Sequence record: NC_129898.1
Length of the DNA stretch: 64,000 nt
DNA from: a phage
Strand: one strand, 5' to 3'
Both the position numbers and the translations under genes were made by a program. Shown piece after piece: positions 38,872 to 47,971 of the stretch; positions within the stretch are counted from its first letter, which is position 1; each line of letters opens with the position of its first letter. The notes under the pieces were generated by a model. It was not told where the DNA came from. It searched no databases and saw nothing but the letters and a program-made list of their open reading frames with translations.

Positions 38872-39215
38872 TGAGCCTCCTTCTGCTGCAACAGCATTAA
38901 CTCTTTGTTGGAAATCTTTACTGCTGTCTTTATTGTTCCATCTTCACGGAACCACGACCAGAATTCTACAGTGTCACCACTATCAAGCAAGGCATGACCA
39001 TGGTAAAAATCCTTGTCCTTAGACAGTTTCTCATCTATATCTGCATCGACACATTCGTGATCCATAGCATTTTGCCTGAATGCATCGGTTATGCCAATGC
39101 ATGCCTTGCTCTCAAGACTGGCATATCCGATATCTTTTAATTCAGTTTCCCAAACCCAGAACCCTATAAAAGCCACAACAGCTACCCACATTAATATCGA
39201 TTTAATCTTTGACAT
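38868..39215 (-). CDS. hypothetical protein with N-terminal TM/signal segment
   Basis: ILMWVAVVAFIGFWVW hydrophobic N-terminus. Confidence 0.45.
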   Translation of the reverse strand: MSKIKSILMWVAVVAFIGFWVWETELKDIGYASLESKACIGITDAFRQNAMDHECVDADIDEKLSKDKDFYHGHALLDSGDTVEFWSWFREDGTIKTAVKISNKELMLLQQKEAQ

Positions 39216-39275
39216 TCTCTCTACCTCTTTCTTAATTTGTTTAATTATGGCACATCCTTTGTGCCTTGTTGCACA

Positions 39276-39746
39276 CTACTTAGACAACAGTTCAAAATAG
39301 TGCAAAATTAACAGAAGTTGAATTACGCCTAGCACAACGGCAAGTATGTTAATCTTAGAATCAAAAAACTTCTTAACTTTTACTCTAAAAGGTTCCTTAA
39401 TGTCCTTTACGATCCTATCTATAGATGACCTCATATCTCTGATTACCATCCTGAACATTAAAGACGGATGCTCCCCCATCTCTGTAACGGAATCGAAAAC
39501 ATACTCTCTTCGGTCATAAGGGCCGCCAGCTCTGCGTATTAACCTCTCCACAGAGACCTCGAACGTCACACCTGTAACGTAATCATCTATAACAAGTCGT
39601 GACGGGTCTTTACCTTTACTATCAAGAGGTATCAAAGTTATCTTTCCAGATTTTGTTAAAATTTCTCCTTTTTCAAGCAAGGTGTACCAATGCTCTCTAC
39701 CAAGATTGTTGAGGCACGTTTTTACATATTTAACAAACATCGTCAC
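39276..39746 (-). CDS. hypothetical protein with C-terminal TM anchor
   Basis: C-terminal ILAVVLGVIQLLLILHYF. Confidence 0.45.
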   Translation of the reverse strand: MTMFVKYVKTCLNNLGREHWYTLLEKGEILTKSGKITLIPLDSKGKDPSRLVIDDYVTGVTFEVSVERLIRRAGGPYDRREYVFDSVTEMGEHPSLMFRMVIRDMRSSIDRIVKDIKEPFRVKVKKFFDSKINILAVVLGVIQLLLILHYFELLSK

Positions 39747-39946
39747 CCCTTATCGCACGTCTGATATAACCATTCTATGAAATCTTGATACCACTCTCCC
39801 TCTGAGCGCTCCGTAGGCCAATAATCTTCCCCCTCTCTTGCATTAAAATCTGAGTATTCGACTTTCCACTCCTTTACCAGCTCGTGGAGAAGGTTTTCAG
39901 CCTGTTCTAAGGATTTATTTTTTGTCATTACTGTCCCCTTTTTCAA
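39743..39946 (-). CDS. hypothetical small protein
   Basis: Overlapping start/stop. Confidence 0.45.
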   Translation of the reverse strand: MKKGTVMTKNKSLEQAENLLHELVKEWKVEYSDFNAREGEDYWPTERSEGEWYQDFIEWLYQTCDKG

Positions 39947-40148
39947 GATAATTATACATCAGTGCCGCGCCACCCAAAATGGCTACTAGCAGTAATACTC
40001 CAGAGAGCATTTCAATAAACATGGCTTGAAACATTAGAAGGCCCCCTCTAATTTCACGCACCATTTTAAATACATACTCTTTTCCCATGAAGATGCTAAA
40101 CTAAGGTCTGTATAGAATGCAATCTCCCTAAGAACAGCATAAACAGTT

Positions 40149-40385
40149 TCAGGCACTGTTACCATTCTTATCTGCCTCCTTCATTTTCCTGACGGTTTTA
40201 CAGTGATCTACCAAGCACATAACCACAATGAAGAGAACAACAGGCCAAAAAGGTGCGGCAGTGATTATAGTTATAAAGTCGTCAAACTTAATTTTTCTAC
40301 AAGATATGATGCAAAGAGTTGCTAAAACAACCATTGTCAGAAAGGTCAATGCGCAATACCAAACCAGCACAGTGTCTATAGTCAT
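40149..40385 (-). CDS. hypothetical membrane protein
   Basis: Two hydrophobic helices. Confidence 0.45.
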   Translation of the reverse strand: MTIDTVLVWYCALTFLTMVVLATLCIISCRKIKFDDFITIITAAPFWPVVLFIVVMCLVDHCKTVRKMKEADKNGNSA

Positions 40386-40386
40386 A

Positions 40387-40914
40387 CTATATCTCCTGGT
40401 TCAAACTGTTAAGAAAGGATACCCTGTCTTCGCTATTTTTCTCTGTGATGTACCCTCCAAACATGGAAAGAATCACATGCTTCAAGTAATCTTTTTCTGG
40501 GTCGCTTAGATGATTGCGTGGCTTTATTTCCACATCATGGTAGTCATACAATCCACAATCATGATACCCCCAGTATCGACACACCTCAATACTGATCGGG
40601 AGTTTTTTGTCACACGAAACTTTCCAACGGGTTACGTTGTTACCAGGAGATAAATCCTCTCCCACCTTCACGAATGACAAATCATAATTCATAAACTTTT
40701 CGTACAGTTTAAGTACAAAACCTTCTACCTGTGGAGAAACACCAGCCACTAGCTGGGCGTATCTATATTTACTTTCAATAATTTTTCGGCGCTTTGCTGT
40801 AAGGTTTATTGCAGCAATTTGACTCTCCGAGTATCTCCAAGGCTTATATATAAATGCTTTCGGGTCTTTATCGCCATAAAAATCTTTCCAATCAACTAGC
40901 AGCATACCTGTCAC
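40387..40914 (-). CDS. hypothetical protein (175 aa)
   Basis: ORF in array. Confidence 0.5.
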   Translation of the reverse strand: MTGMLLVDWKDFYGDKDPKAFIYKPWRYSESQIAAINLTAKRRKIIESKYRYAQLVAGVSPQVEGFVLKLYEKFMNYDLSFVKVGEDLSPGNNVTRWKVSCDKKLPISIEVCRYWGYHDCGLYDYHDVEIKPRNHLSDPEKDYLKHVILSMFGGYITEKNSEDRVSFLNSLNQEI

Positions 40915-41144
40915 TCCTCCACAACTTCAAGGCCTTTGCCGCCTCGTTCTGGTAGATTACTTAAAGACAGGTAATACGTATAGTCAGGAGAGATCCTACC
41001 AGACTCTGCACCTGCAGATAGTAAATCTTTTCCCTTAACCATGACAACATTATCGTTTGCAGATAGTCGTTTTGCTTCCACAATTTTACCAACGCAGTCA
41101 ACCAAGGAAGGGTACCCTAAATCTGTAAGAAATTTAACTTTCAT
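40911..41144 (-). CDS. hypothetical small protein (MKVK family)
   Basis: MKVKFLTDLGYPSL...VKGKDLLSAG...LEVVEE. Confidence 0.5.
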   Translation of the reverse strand: MKVKFLTDLGYPSLVDCVGKIVEAKRLSANDNVVMVKGKDLLSAGAESGRISPDYTYYLSLSNLPERGGKGLEVVEE

Positions 41145-41183
41145 GCTACCTCCTACTTCTACCGTCCCTAGTAAGATAAATTA

Positions 41184-41582
41184 TTACTGAACAAAGCGCG
41201 GAGCTGGGAAGGATAACTCTTCTAAAGAGAAGATTTCATTCCCCACAATCCATGTTGCAGGATCATCCGGGTTGACTGGATAGATGATCATCACCTCGTC
41301 AGTGTTACATACCCGCTTTTTACCTGTGGAGTCATCAGCAACCAGCATGCGCGGTTCTTCAGAAATGCACAGGTAGCCTCCTCGGCCCACTGTTCCTTCC
41401 ACAGGGTCTTGTCCTTTGATCACGATGATTATCTTCTCTCCTGAGGCGATATTACCTTGCACACTCACCGTTTGACCAACCTTGGATGTGCCAATCTTAG
41501 TGACTTCGAACATTACATCCCGAATTACCGTTGCATAATCGCCAGACACTTTCTTACCTTCTTTAGTGATCTCAATCTTCAT
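41184..41582 (-). CDS. hypothetical protein (MKIEI family)
   Basis: MKIEITKEG start. Confidence 0.45.
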   Translation of the reverse strand: MKIEITKEGKKVSGDYATVIRDVMFEVTKIGTSKVGQTVSVQGNIASGEKIIIVIKGQDPVEGTVGRGGYLCISEEPRMLVADDSTGKKRVCNTDEVMIIYPVNPDDPATWIVGNEIFSLEELSFPAPRFVQ

Positions 41583-41818
41583 ACACTGGGCTCCTTAAAT
41601 GAATCTATGTAATCAATTAAATCCCAAGCATCCCTATGACCTGTCAGAGGGTATACTTCTTCAAGAGGGATCATAGCAGTAAGTCTATCAAAAACCCAAT
41701 CCGGACGCAACATCTTATGGTGATATTCCCACTCACCTTCTACAGACTTTTTCTGAGTGATCAGAATCTCTGTGTAGTGTTTTGCCTGTCTTGAGTAAAT
41801 TGAAAATGACTTATACAT
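41579..41818 (-). CDS. hypothetical small protein
   Basis: Overlapping start/stop. Confidence 0.45.
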   Translation of the reverse strand: MYKSFSIYSRQAKHYTEILITQKKSVEGEWEYHHKMLRPDWVFDRLTAMIPLEEVYPLTGHRDAWDLIDYIDSFKEPSV

Positions 41819-41855
41819 AGATGACCCTCCCTCTTGTTGAAAACAAAATACACTA

Positions 41856-42134
41856 CTACCAAGTCACTGTCAAGTAGGCAACCGTGTTATTTTTCTCCGG
41901 AGAGATGCCAACAACATCCACCTGCAGACCTCCTGCCCTCAAATCTCCAACGATGTGTGGAAAGTAGTCTGAGAGGTGTGATGGGAGATTTATCGAAAAT
42001 CCACATCCCAGAAAGCCTGCTAACGCTTTATTTTGTATATCCCCTACAATCGCATCATAAATAGAGTTAAGCTCGTCAGGAAGCGTTACAGGACGTTTTA
42101 GAGCTAACTGGTGCAACTTGTCCTTAGCACTCAT
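41856..42134 (-). CDS. hypothetical protein
   Basis: Start trimmed to ATG 42134 to avoid overlap with upstream methyltransferase. Confidence 0.4.
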   Translation of the reverse strand: MSAKDKLHQLALKRPVTLPDELNSIYDAIVGDIQNKALAGFLGCGFSINLPSHLSDYFPHIVGDLRAGGLQVDVVGISPEKNNTVAYLTVTW

Positions 42135-42136
42135 TT

Positions 42137-42670
42137 TCATTTCAAGTCTGCCTCTGGTGGTGCCAACCACATAAATGGCGGCAAGTCTAGACGGTTTTTC
42201 TTGTCCCATACAAAATATGCATATGCCTGCCCATCCGTTCTACCATTGGATTGGAATGACGGACGCTTAGATATTGTGATCACAGTGGTAGGTGCATTAT
42301 CAAGCCACCATTCAAATCTGGCCTTGCTTTCCAGAAAATTAAGACGCAAAAGCATAATAACTACATCGGCATCTTTCAACGCCTTGTCTACAAACTCACG
42401 AGCCAAGCTGTACGGTGGGTTGGTGATAATACAGTCAACATGGTTGTATTCTGTATTCAGATAGTCAACACCTTCTTGGATTTCTCCCCATGCAGATCCT
42501 AACGGCATACGGGAGTAGAACACACCTGAGGCACTATTCCTGCAAGGCTCTAAGTAAGTCCAGTCTTCTGGGAACGGAATAAGGTCATACAGCCCTTCTG
42601 CACACCACTCCGGTGTCACATACTCATCGTAAGCGTTACGTTGTTCATCAGGTTTTCTAGCACAAGTCAT
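42137..42670 (-). CDS. DNA N6-adenine methyltransferase (phage Dam-like, small)
   Basis: YVTPEW N-terminal motif and DCIITNPPY catalytic motif. Confidence 0.8.
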   Translation of the reverse strand: MTCARKPDEQRNAYDEYVTPEWCAEGLYDLIPFPEDWTYLEPCRNSASGVFYSRMPLGSAWGEIQEGVDYLNTEYNHVDCIITNPPYSLAREFVDKALKDADVVIMLLRLNFLESKARFEWWLDNAPTTVITISKRPSFQSNGRTDGQAYAYFVWDKKNRLDLPPFMWLAPPEADLK

Positions 42671-42721
42671 GCAAATCTCCAGATCATAAAAGCCCTCCGA
42701 AGAGGGCTTTAGGATTAATGT

Positions 42722-43771
42722 TTAAGCTTCTTCGACAATTCCTGCGCCCAGGATTTTTTCATTGAGCTCTTTTGCTGTTTTAATAATATTGTCCACCAGA
42801 CGCTTACGAGTCTTATCTTTCACCTGAACTTCTTCTCCGCCGTTCAGGGTGGTTTTCAATTGGGACAAAATGTCCTGAAGCTCTACCACAGAGAATCGCT
42901 GCAGATCTTCCGAGGTAATCTCACCCAGTGCAATCTTAACGGTCTCACCACTCTCCATCTGCAGATTCAGGAACACAGTGTGAACATCACCTTTCATACC
43001 ATTTTCTTTTGCAGACTCAACAGCATGAACCAGCTCGTCCAAAGATGTGCATTGGTGAATCTCTGGCAGGCCTGCTTCGCCTAGCACACCTTCTTCATCA
43101 CTTTTTGCCAAAAGCTTTTTCGGTTTCTGTCCATTCTGAATGCGCTGAATGTTTTCATCGTCCAGAATAATAGCACCAGTTCGAGATGCCAGCTCTTCTC
43201 CATCTAACCACACTTCGCCGCCAGCTGTGATGGATGCGATCTCATCTTCTGTTAGCACTCCACCGTAGTATTTTTCGATCAGGCGTTCAAAACGTTTCTT
43301 CCAGTAGTTGACCTGGGTATTCATGTTCACACCGTTACCATAGGTGCCACCTTGATAATAGTGGAACATAAATTCTGTGTCCGGAGCCACAGTTCGTTCT
43401 TTGCAACCCATCCATAAGATTGTTCCTGCTGAACAGCACATCCCTTCAGCGTGTACAACAACGCTTGCCTGAGACTCGCGGAATGCCTGCAAATACGCCA
43501 TAGCAATGTGAACGCAACCACCAGGGCTGTTAATGATTACACGGATACTTTCTTCTGGCTGAGCCATACGAATCGTCTGTAGACGAGACATATGATCTTG
43601 CAGGTCGTCCAAATCGTCAATATAAAGAACGTGGTCAACAACAGGTGTTGGGTAGCTGTATGTTTCCATAATACCACCCGGCATACCAAACATTTTGTTA
43701 CTCATAGGTTCGAAACCGTTCTGTTTTTCTTTCATGCCGTGTACCATGGTGCTGCGAGGTGTTAAATTCAT
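42722..43771 (-). CDS. ClpP/S14-family serine peptidase-like protein with C-terminal extension
   Basis: INSPGGCV and EGMCCSAGTILW resemble ClpP-fold motifs around the catalytic Ser. Confidence 0.55.
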   Translation of the reverse strand: MNLTPRSTMVHGMKEKQNGFEPMSNKMFGMPGGIMETYSYPTPVVDHVLYIDDLDDLQDHMSRLQTIRMAQPEESIRVIINSPGGCVHIAMAYLQAFRESQASVVVHAEGMCCSAGTILWMGCKERTVAPDTEFMFHYYQGGTYGNGVNMNTQVNYWKKRFERLIEKYYGGVLTEDEIASITAGGEVWLDGEELASRTGAIILDDENIQRIQNGQKPKKLLAKSDEEGVLGEAGLPEIHQCTSLDELVHAVESAKENGMKGDVHTVFLNLQMESGETVKIALGEITSEDLQRFSVVELQDILSQLKTTLNGGEEVQVKDKTRKRLVDNIIKTAKELNEKILGAGIVEEA

Positions 43772-43831
43772 GAGAAATCCTTAATATTGGAAGTTGAAAG
43801 CTATTTATTTAAACCTGATTCACATTTACCT

Positions 43832-44191
43832 TTATTTAGCAATCACTATAGAATACTTACGATTGTCAGAAGCATCACAGCTCAATGATTGCCAGTCTAC
43901 CACATACCACGTATCATTGTCAACAATTACTTTATCGCCTGTTCTGTAGCAGGTGCTGCTTTCAATAATCCTAGACTCGATAAAGAATCTGTGTCGGCGC
44001 TCACGTAGCAACGCTAAGTTGATTATATTACCACCACTGTCCTTGGTCCACACATTCTTGGATCCTTTATTTGCCAAAATTGTCTCGCCGTTATATACAA
44101 ACAGGCAGTATATTTTATTCAGTCTCTCTTGTATTGTAGCCATACTGTGTCCTTCTCCTTGTTTTGTCCAGTAATAATATCTAAAGCTCAC
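43832..44191 (-). CDS. hypothetical protein
   Basis: ORF; start possibly internal (MATIQERL). Confidence 0.45.
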   Translation of the reverse strand: MSFRYYYWTKQGEGHSMATIQERLNKIYCLFVYNGETILANKGSKNVWTKDSGGNIINLALLRERRHRFFIESRIIESSTCYRTGDKVIVDNDTWYVVDWQSLSCDASDNRKYSIVIAK

Positions 44192-44246
44192 CTGTTTGTC
44201 AACAACTGTTTTAGATATTTAAGGGTGGAATAACCACCCTTCTGTA

Positions 44247-45035
44247 TTACTCGGAAACAGGAGTCCAAATATGATTTGCACGATCCTCAATAAGATTGAG
44301 TGCAATCTGACGGCCTAACCCGGAACGAACGACATCGTCTGGACTATCAAAGCTAATCATTCCAACCTCAGGATCTGGATGACGCGTAAAGAAATCTGTC
44401 ACCCATGCAAGGCCAGATTTACCAGGGATGTCACGTTGGCTGTTATCGCCCATAATTACAAGGGTGGCCTGATCAGAGATCCTTGTGATAATTGACAACA
44501 TTTCTTCAGGATTGGTTTGCTGTGCTTCATCAATAAGGACAAAGCATCGTTCATCAAAACTACGACCACGAATGCTTTCAACCTCACAAATCTCGATACG
44601 GCTGTTCTGACCGTCTCCAAGCATTGCTGCAAAAGCACCTTTGCCAACACGACGACAAATCGTGTCCATCATGCTTCTAAGATAGGGCCACAGTTTCTGC
44701 ATTGCATTTCCAGGTTTAAATCCTGAAGTCTTTCCTGTCTGAACGTAAGGGCGTGCAACAATGATCTTATCAATCTCGTTCTTGCGCAGAAGATCCCCTG
44801 CATATGCAGATGCCATGAATGTCTTACCGGATCCAAACACACCGTTTACAATGATAATCTTACGCGACCCTAGATAATCAAGATACTTTTGCTGCTTTTT
44901 ATTCATTGGTCGGAGAGCTGGAGCGGTGTGCTCTCGTTCGTCAGCAAATTTTTCAGCAGCCTTACGCAGGCGATCAGATTTGCGAGCCTCTCTAGCTTCA
45001 TCACGCATGCGTTTTGTTTCTTTAGCTCGACCCAT
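44247..45035 (-). CDS. phoH: PhoH-like ATPase
   Basis: Walker A GVFGSGKTF, Walker B LIDEAQ, PhoH-like layout. Confidence 0.8.
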   Translation of the reverse strand: MGRAKETKRMRDEAREARKSDRLRKAAEKFADEREHTAPALRPMNKKQQKYLDYLGSRKIIIVNGVFGSGKTFMASAYAGDLLRKNEIDKIIVARPYVQTGKTSGFKPGNAMQKLWPYLRSMMDTICRRVGKGAFAAMLGDGQNSRIEICEVESIRGRSFDERCFVLIDEAQQTNPEEMLSIITRISDQATLVIMGDNSQRDIPGKSGLAWVTDFFTRHPDPEVGMISFDSPDDVVRSGLGRQIALNLIEDRANHIWTPVSE

Positions 45036-45073
45036 GTTGGGACTCCTTTCAGATTGAGATGTGCCAAGTACTT

Positions 45074-45424
45074 TTACTGCAATAGTTTTTCAATAGCCGC
45101 TTCCATGCTGCTTGCAACAGCCTGAACTCGGATATTCATCTCTTCTTGGTGGATCAGCTCCTTAAGCTCTTTAATGGTAAATTCTTTAGAGAAACCTTCT
45201 ACCATAATCTTGTGTAAGGCTTCTTGCGTGTCTACCTGCAAGAACTTTTCCAGTTTGTTGGCAGAGGCTTCTAAATCAGCCCGAATACGAGGGTCATCTG
45301 TGCGATTCAGCATCAGGCGTAAGCCATCAAGATTAGTAGAAATAGCGTCTGCATGTTGAGTAACTAATCGTGGCAAAATGAGATCTACAAACTTATTAGC
45401 CAAATCGATACGTTCTTGTGTCAC
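45074..45424 (-). CDS. hypothetical protein (116 aa)
   Basis: GTG start overlapping upstream stop (GTGA). Confidence 0.45.
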   Translation of the reverse strand: MTQERIDLANKFVDLILPRLVTQHADAISTNLDGLRLMLNRTDDPRIRADLEASANKLEKFLQVDTQEALHKIMVEGFSKEFTIKELKELIHQEEMNIRVQAVASSMEAAIEKLLQ

Positions 45425-45534
45425 TGTTGCACCCCCTCTTCATCCTCATGATGTTTCTTTTCACGCTTGTGTTTTTTCTTAAGCTCAAGCGCAATCTCTT
45501 TTTTGTACGCCTTCTTCAAGGCCTTTTTAGCCAT
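45421..45534 (-). CDS. hypothetical small basic protein (37 aa)
   Basis: GAGGAGG RBS before ATG 45534; Lys-rich; below ORF-track cutoff. Confidence 0.35.
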   Translation of the reverse strand: MAKKALKKAYKKEIALELKKKHKREKKHHEDEEGVQQ

Positions 45535-45596
45535 TTGGCACCTCCTCTGCTTTCATTACGCTAATTATAACCAACTTAACAAGACTTTGTCAACAA

Positions 45597-46070
45597 TTAG
45601 TCAACCTGAACCCAACCGCCTGCTACCTTTTTAAACATTCTTTGGTTATCACTGCCTCGGAATGGTTTCTTGGTTGGTAAATCTTTTACATACTTTCCAT
45701 CAATGACGATATCAGCCAGTTTAAGAACATCACTAGAGATATGCTCAAATGTGAACCCAGTATACACAAGAATAGTTTTCTTGTCACCAAACTTTTCCTT
45801 AATTCTCCTCATAAGGTTGATAATATCTGGCTCATTATAAGTAGCCAAAGGCTCTCCACCAAGTAAAGAAATACCGCATACAGATTCATTGTCTAAATCC
45901 AACAAAATTTTCTGCAAATCTTCTTCGGTGAACTCTCTTCCTTTATCTTTTGACCAAAATGCTTGATTAAAGCAACTGGGACAAGCGTGTGGGCACCCAG
46001 ATACCCACAAAGCTGTCCTAATACCTGGCCCCTCGGTGTAAGATATCTCTGTATACCCGACAATATTCAT
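45597..46070 (-). CDS. nrdG: anaerobic ribonucleotide reductase activating protein (radical SAM)
   Basis: GCPHACPSC cysteine cluster near N-terminus; next to nrdD; start set to ATG 46070. Confidence 0.75.
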   Translation of the reverse strand: MNIVGYTEISYTEGPGIRTALWVSGCPHACPSCFNQAFWSKDKGREFTEEDLQKILLDLDNESVCGISLLGGEPLATYNEPDIINLMRRIKEKFGDKKTILVYTGFTFEHISSDVLKLADIVIDGKYVKDLPTKKPFRGSDNQRMFKKVAGGWVQVD

Positions 46071-46183
46071 ACATACTCCGCATCGCATTTAGGACAATGC
46101 CAAATAAAATCGTCCAGTGCCTTACACCAACGAAGATTGCAATGACAACCACACTTGCAAATTTTATAAATACCTGTAGACAT
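46067..46183 (-). CDS. hypothetical small Cys-rich protein (38 aa)
   Basis: AGGAGG RBS; four Cys pairs; stop overlaps nrdG start (ATGA). Confidence 0.4.
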   Translation of the reverse strand: MSTGIYKICKCGCHCNLRWCKALDDFIWHCPKCDAEYV

Positions 46184-46246
46184 GCTGCACCTCCTAGTTT
46201 ACTGTGTGACAACAATATGCAACATCCTTGTGACTTTTGTCAAGTA

Positions 46247-47209
46247 TCAGCAACCACAACTTCCGTAGTGCTTAACCCGTTCTATAACCTCCGCTTGCTT
46301 ACCTTTATTGTAAGGACGGGAGTTTGGACTGGACAGATACCCGGATACACGTCTAATCACACTGATCGTTCCCTCTTCATGGTTTCCACACTCTGGGCAT
46401 ACAAAGCCTTTAGCTGTTGCACTGAACTCACCAGAGAATCCACACTTAAGACATTTATCCACAGGCTGGTTAATACCAAAATACATAATGTGTTTATATC
46501 CGAAATCAACAAGAGCTTCCAAAGCATCTAAGTTGTTTTTCAGATTTGGTGTCTCTATGTACCCAATGTTGCCACCAGAGGAGATCATAGCAAAACCTTC
46601 CTCATACTTCCACTTATCAAAAGGCGAGCTATTGATCCATACTGGCTGATGGAAACTGTTGGTGAGGTATTCATGCTCGTGCTTCAACACTTCTGGGTAT
46701 TCACGATCCAGACAGGTTGCAGCTTTATAGCATAAACTCTCAGAAGGTGTGCCGTACAAGCTAAATGCTAGTCCACTTTCCTTCTTGTATCGCTCACAAG
46801 CATCTTTCATGTGCTGAAGGATTCCAAGAGCTAAAGCCTTGTCACCCTCTCTGCCCAAAATCTGACAGGTTTCATACACACCAATATACCCAATACTGAT
46901 GGAAGCGTACCCGTCATAGAAGAGTTTATCGATACTCTCTTCAGGATCCAGGCTAGCAAGAGCTCCTTCACACCACATGATAGGGTTATGCCCTGCCTTT
47001 GTTCCTTTTAGACGGTTAACTCTTACAAGGTGAGCCTCATATGCCAAATCCAAATATTCGTCAAGAACTGCAAAGAAATCAACACCTTCCGTTTTAGCTT
47101 TTGCCGCAATCATTGGTAGGTTAAGGCTAACAACACCCAAGTTGAATCTGCCAAGGTATTTCTCCTCGCCTGTTACAGGGTCGCTATATTTCGATAAGAA
47201 ACTTCTACA
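46247..47209 (-). CDS. nrdD: anaerobic ribonucleoside-triphosphate reductase, exon 2
   Basis: Glycyl-radical motif RRVSGYL; zinc ribbon CLKCG...CPECG; begins CRSFL. Confidence 0.8.
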   Translation of the reverse strand, partial: CRSFLSKYSDPVTGEEKYLGRFNLGVVSLNLPMIAAKAKTEGVDFFAVLDEYLDLAYEAHLVRVNRLKGTKAGHNPIMWCEGALASLDPEESIDKLFYDGYASISIGYIGVYETCQILGREGDKALALGILQHMKDACERYKKESGLAFSLYGTPSESLCYKAATCLDREYPEVLKHEHEYLTNSFHQPVWINSSPFDKWKYEEGFAMISSGGNIGYIETPNLKNNLDALEALVDFGYKHIMYFGINQPVDKCLKCGFSGEFSATAKGFVCPECGNHEEGTISVIRRVSGYLSSPNSRPYNKGKQAEVIERVKHYGSCGC

Positions 47210-47971
47210 CATTATGTTCAAGGTGGTTCGCAAGGCCACCCCCGCACCATTACGTGCTGCTGCATGTCCCCATGCAGATCAGACTATATCTTCACACTTA
47301 GTGTGTCTACCATTTCGAGTGTCATCAGCTTACACCCTACACCGCTACATTCATCACGGTTAGTCGTTAGGCATTTCGTAACAGAACTCGTAATCATAGT
47401 TATTAGGTGCACCACGTTTCAGGATAGCAGATATTCTTTTTCTATCTATTCCTAAAACATCAGCACAACATCTCAGACTCTTAAAGTGAATAACCACACC
47501 AGTTAATTTGTGGGTGGCTTTCACCCCGTGACATCTTGTGTAAAAAGCATAACAGTTGTTGTCGTATCCTTCTTGAGTATTGTCTGGGCAAGCTCCCCAC
47601 TCAAGGTTGTATACGCTGTTATCTTTCCTGTTGTCACCTTTGTGCTTAACATATGGTAAATTGTCTGGATTTGGTAAAAACGCTTCAGCAACAAGTCTGT
47701 GAACCCTTAGGCAAACAGTCTTTTTGTTCTTGCGTATCCTGACAAGACGGTAACCTGTGTTTATCTCTTCCCACGAATGAATAATTCTTTCATTTTCGTA
47801 TCGGGTGCAATAAACATTGCCCATCTCGTCAATTTCATAACCTTCAAAATCACGAATTTGTTTTCTCATTTCAGGACTCCTCTTAGTCAGGAGTTCTGTT
47901 ACGTTTAGCACGGGATTGTCCGTTCTGGAGTTTCCCCGTTTAGATAGATTTTACATGAGCAGTTATAGTTT
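47210..47971 (-). mobile_element. group I intron in nrdD carrying an HNH homing endonuclease gene
   Basis: 762 nt break between ...TSMG and CRSFL...; exon ends in U, intron ends in G; HNH ORF in a different frame; P7-like GACUAA and UAGUCUGA downstream of the ORF. Confidence 0.65.
47360..47911 (-). CDS. intron-encoded HNH homing endonuclease
   Basis: HRLVAEAF...VKHKGDNRKDN...NLEW HNH core; C-terminal helix-turn-helix-like IDRKRISAILKRG; AAGAGGAG RBS. Confidence 0.8.
   Translation of the reverse strand: MLNVTELLTKRSPEMRKQIRDFEGYEIDEMGNVYCTRYENERIIHSWEEINTGYRLVRIRKNKKTVCLRVHRLVAEAFLPNPDNLPYVKHKGDNRKDNSVYNLEWGACPDNTQEGYDNNCYAFYTRCHGVKATHKLTGVVIHFKSLRCCADVLGIDRKRISAILKRGAPNNYDYEFCYEMPND

Noticed and set aside
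47210-47971. Intein rather than intron in nrdD (and in the polymerase at 8156-8483)
   Set aside because: The interrupting sequences contain in-frame stop codons and, in nrdD, a separate ORF in another frame with its own RBS; inteins are in-frame protein insertions
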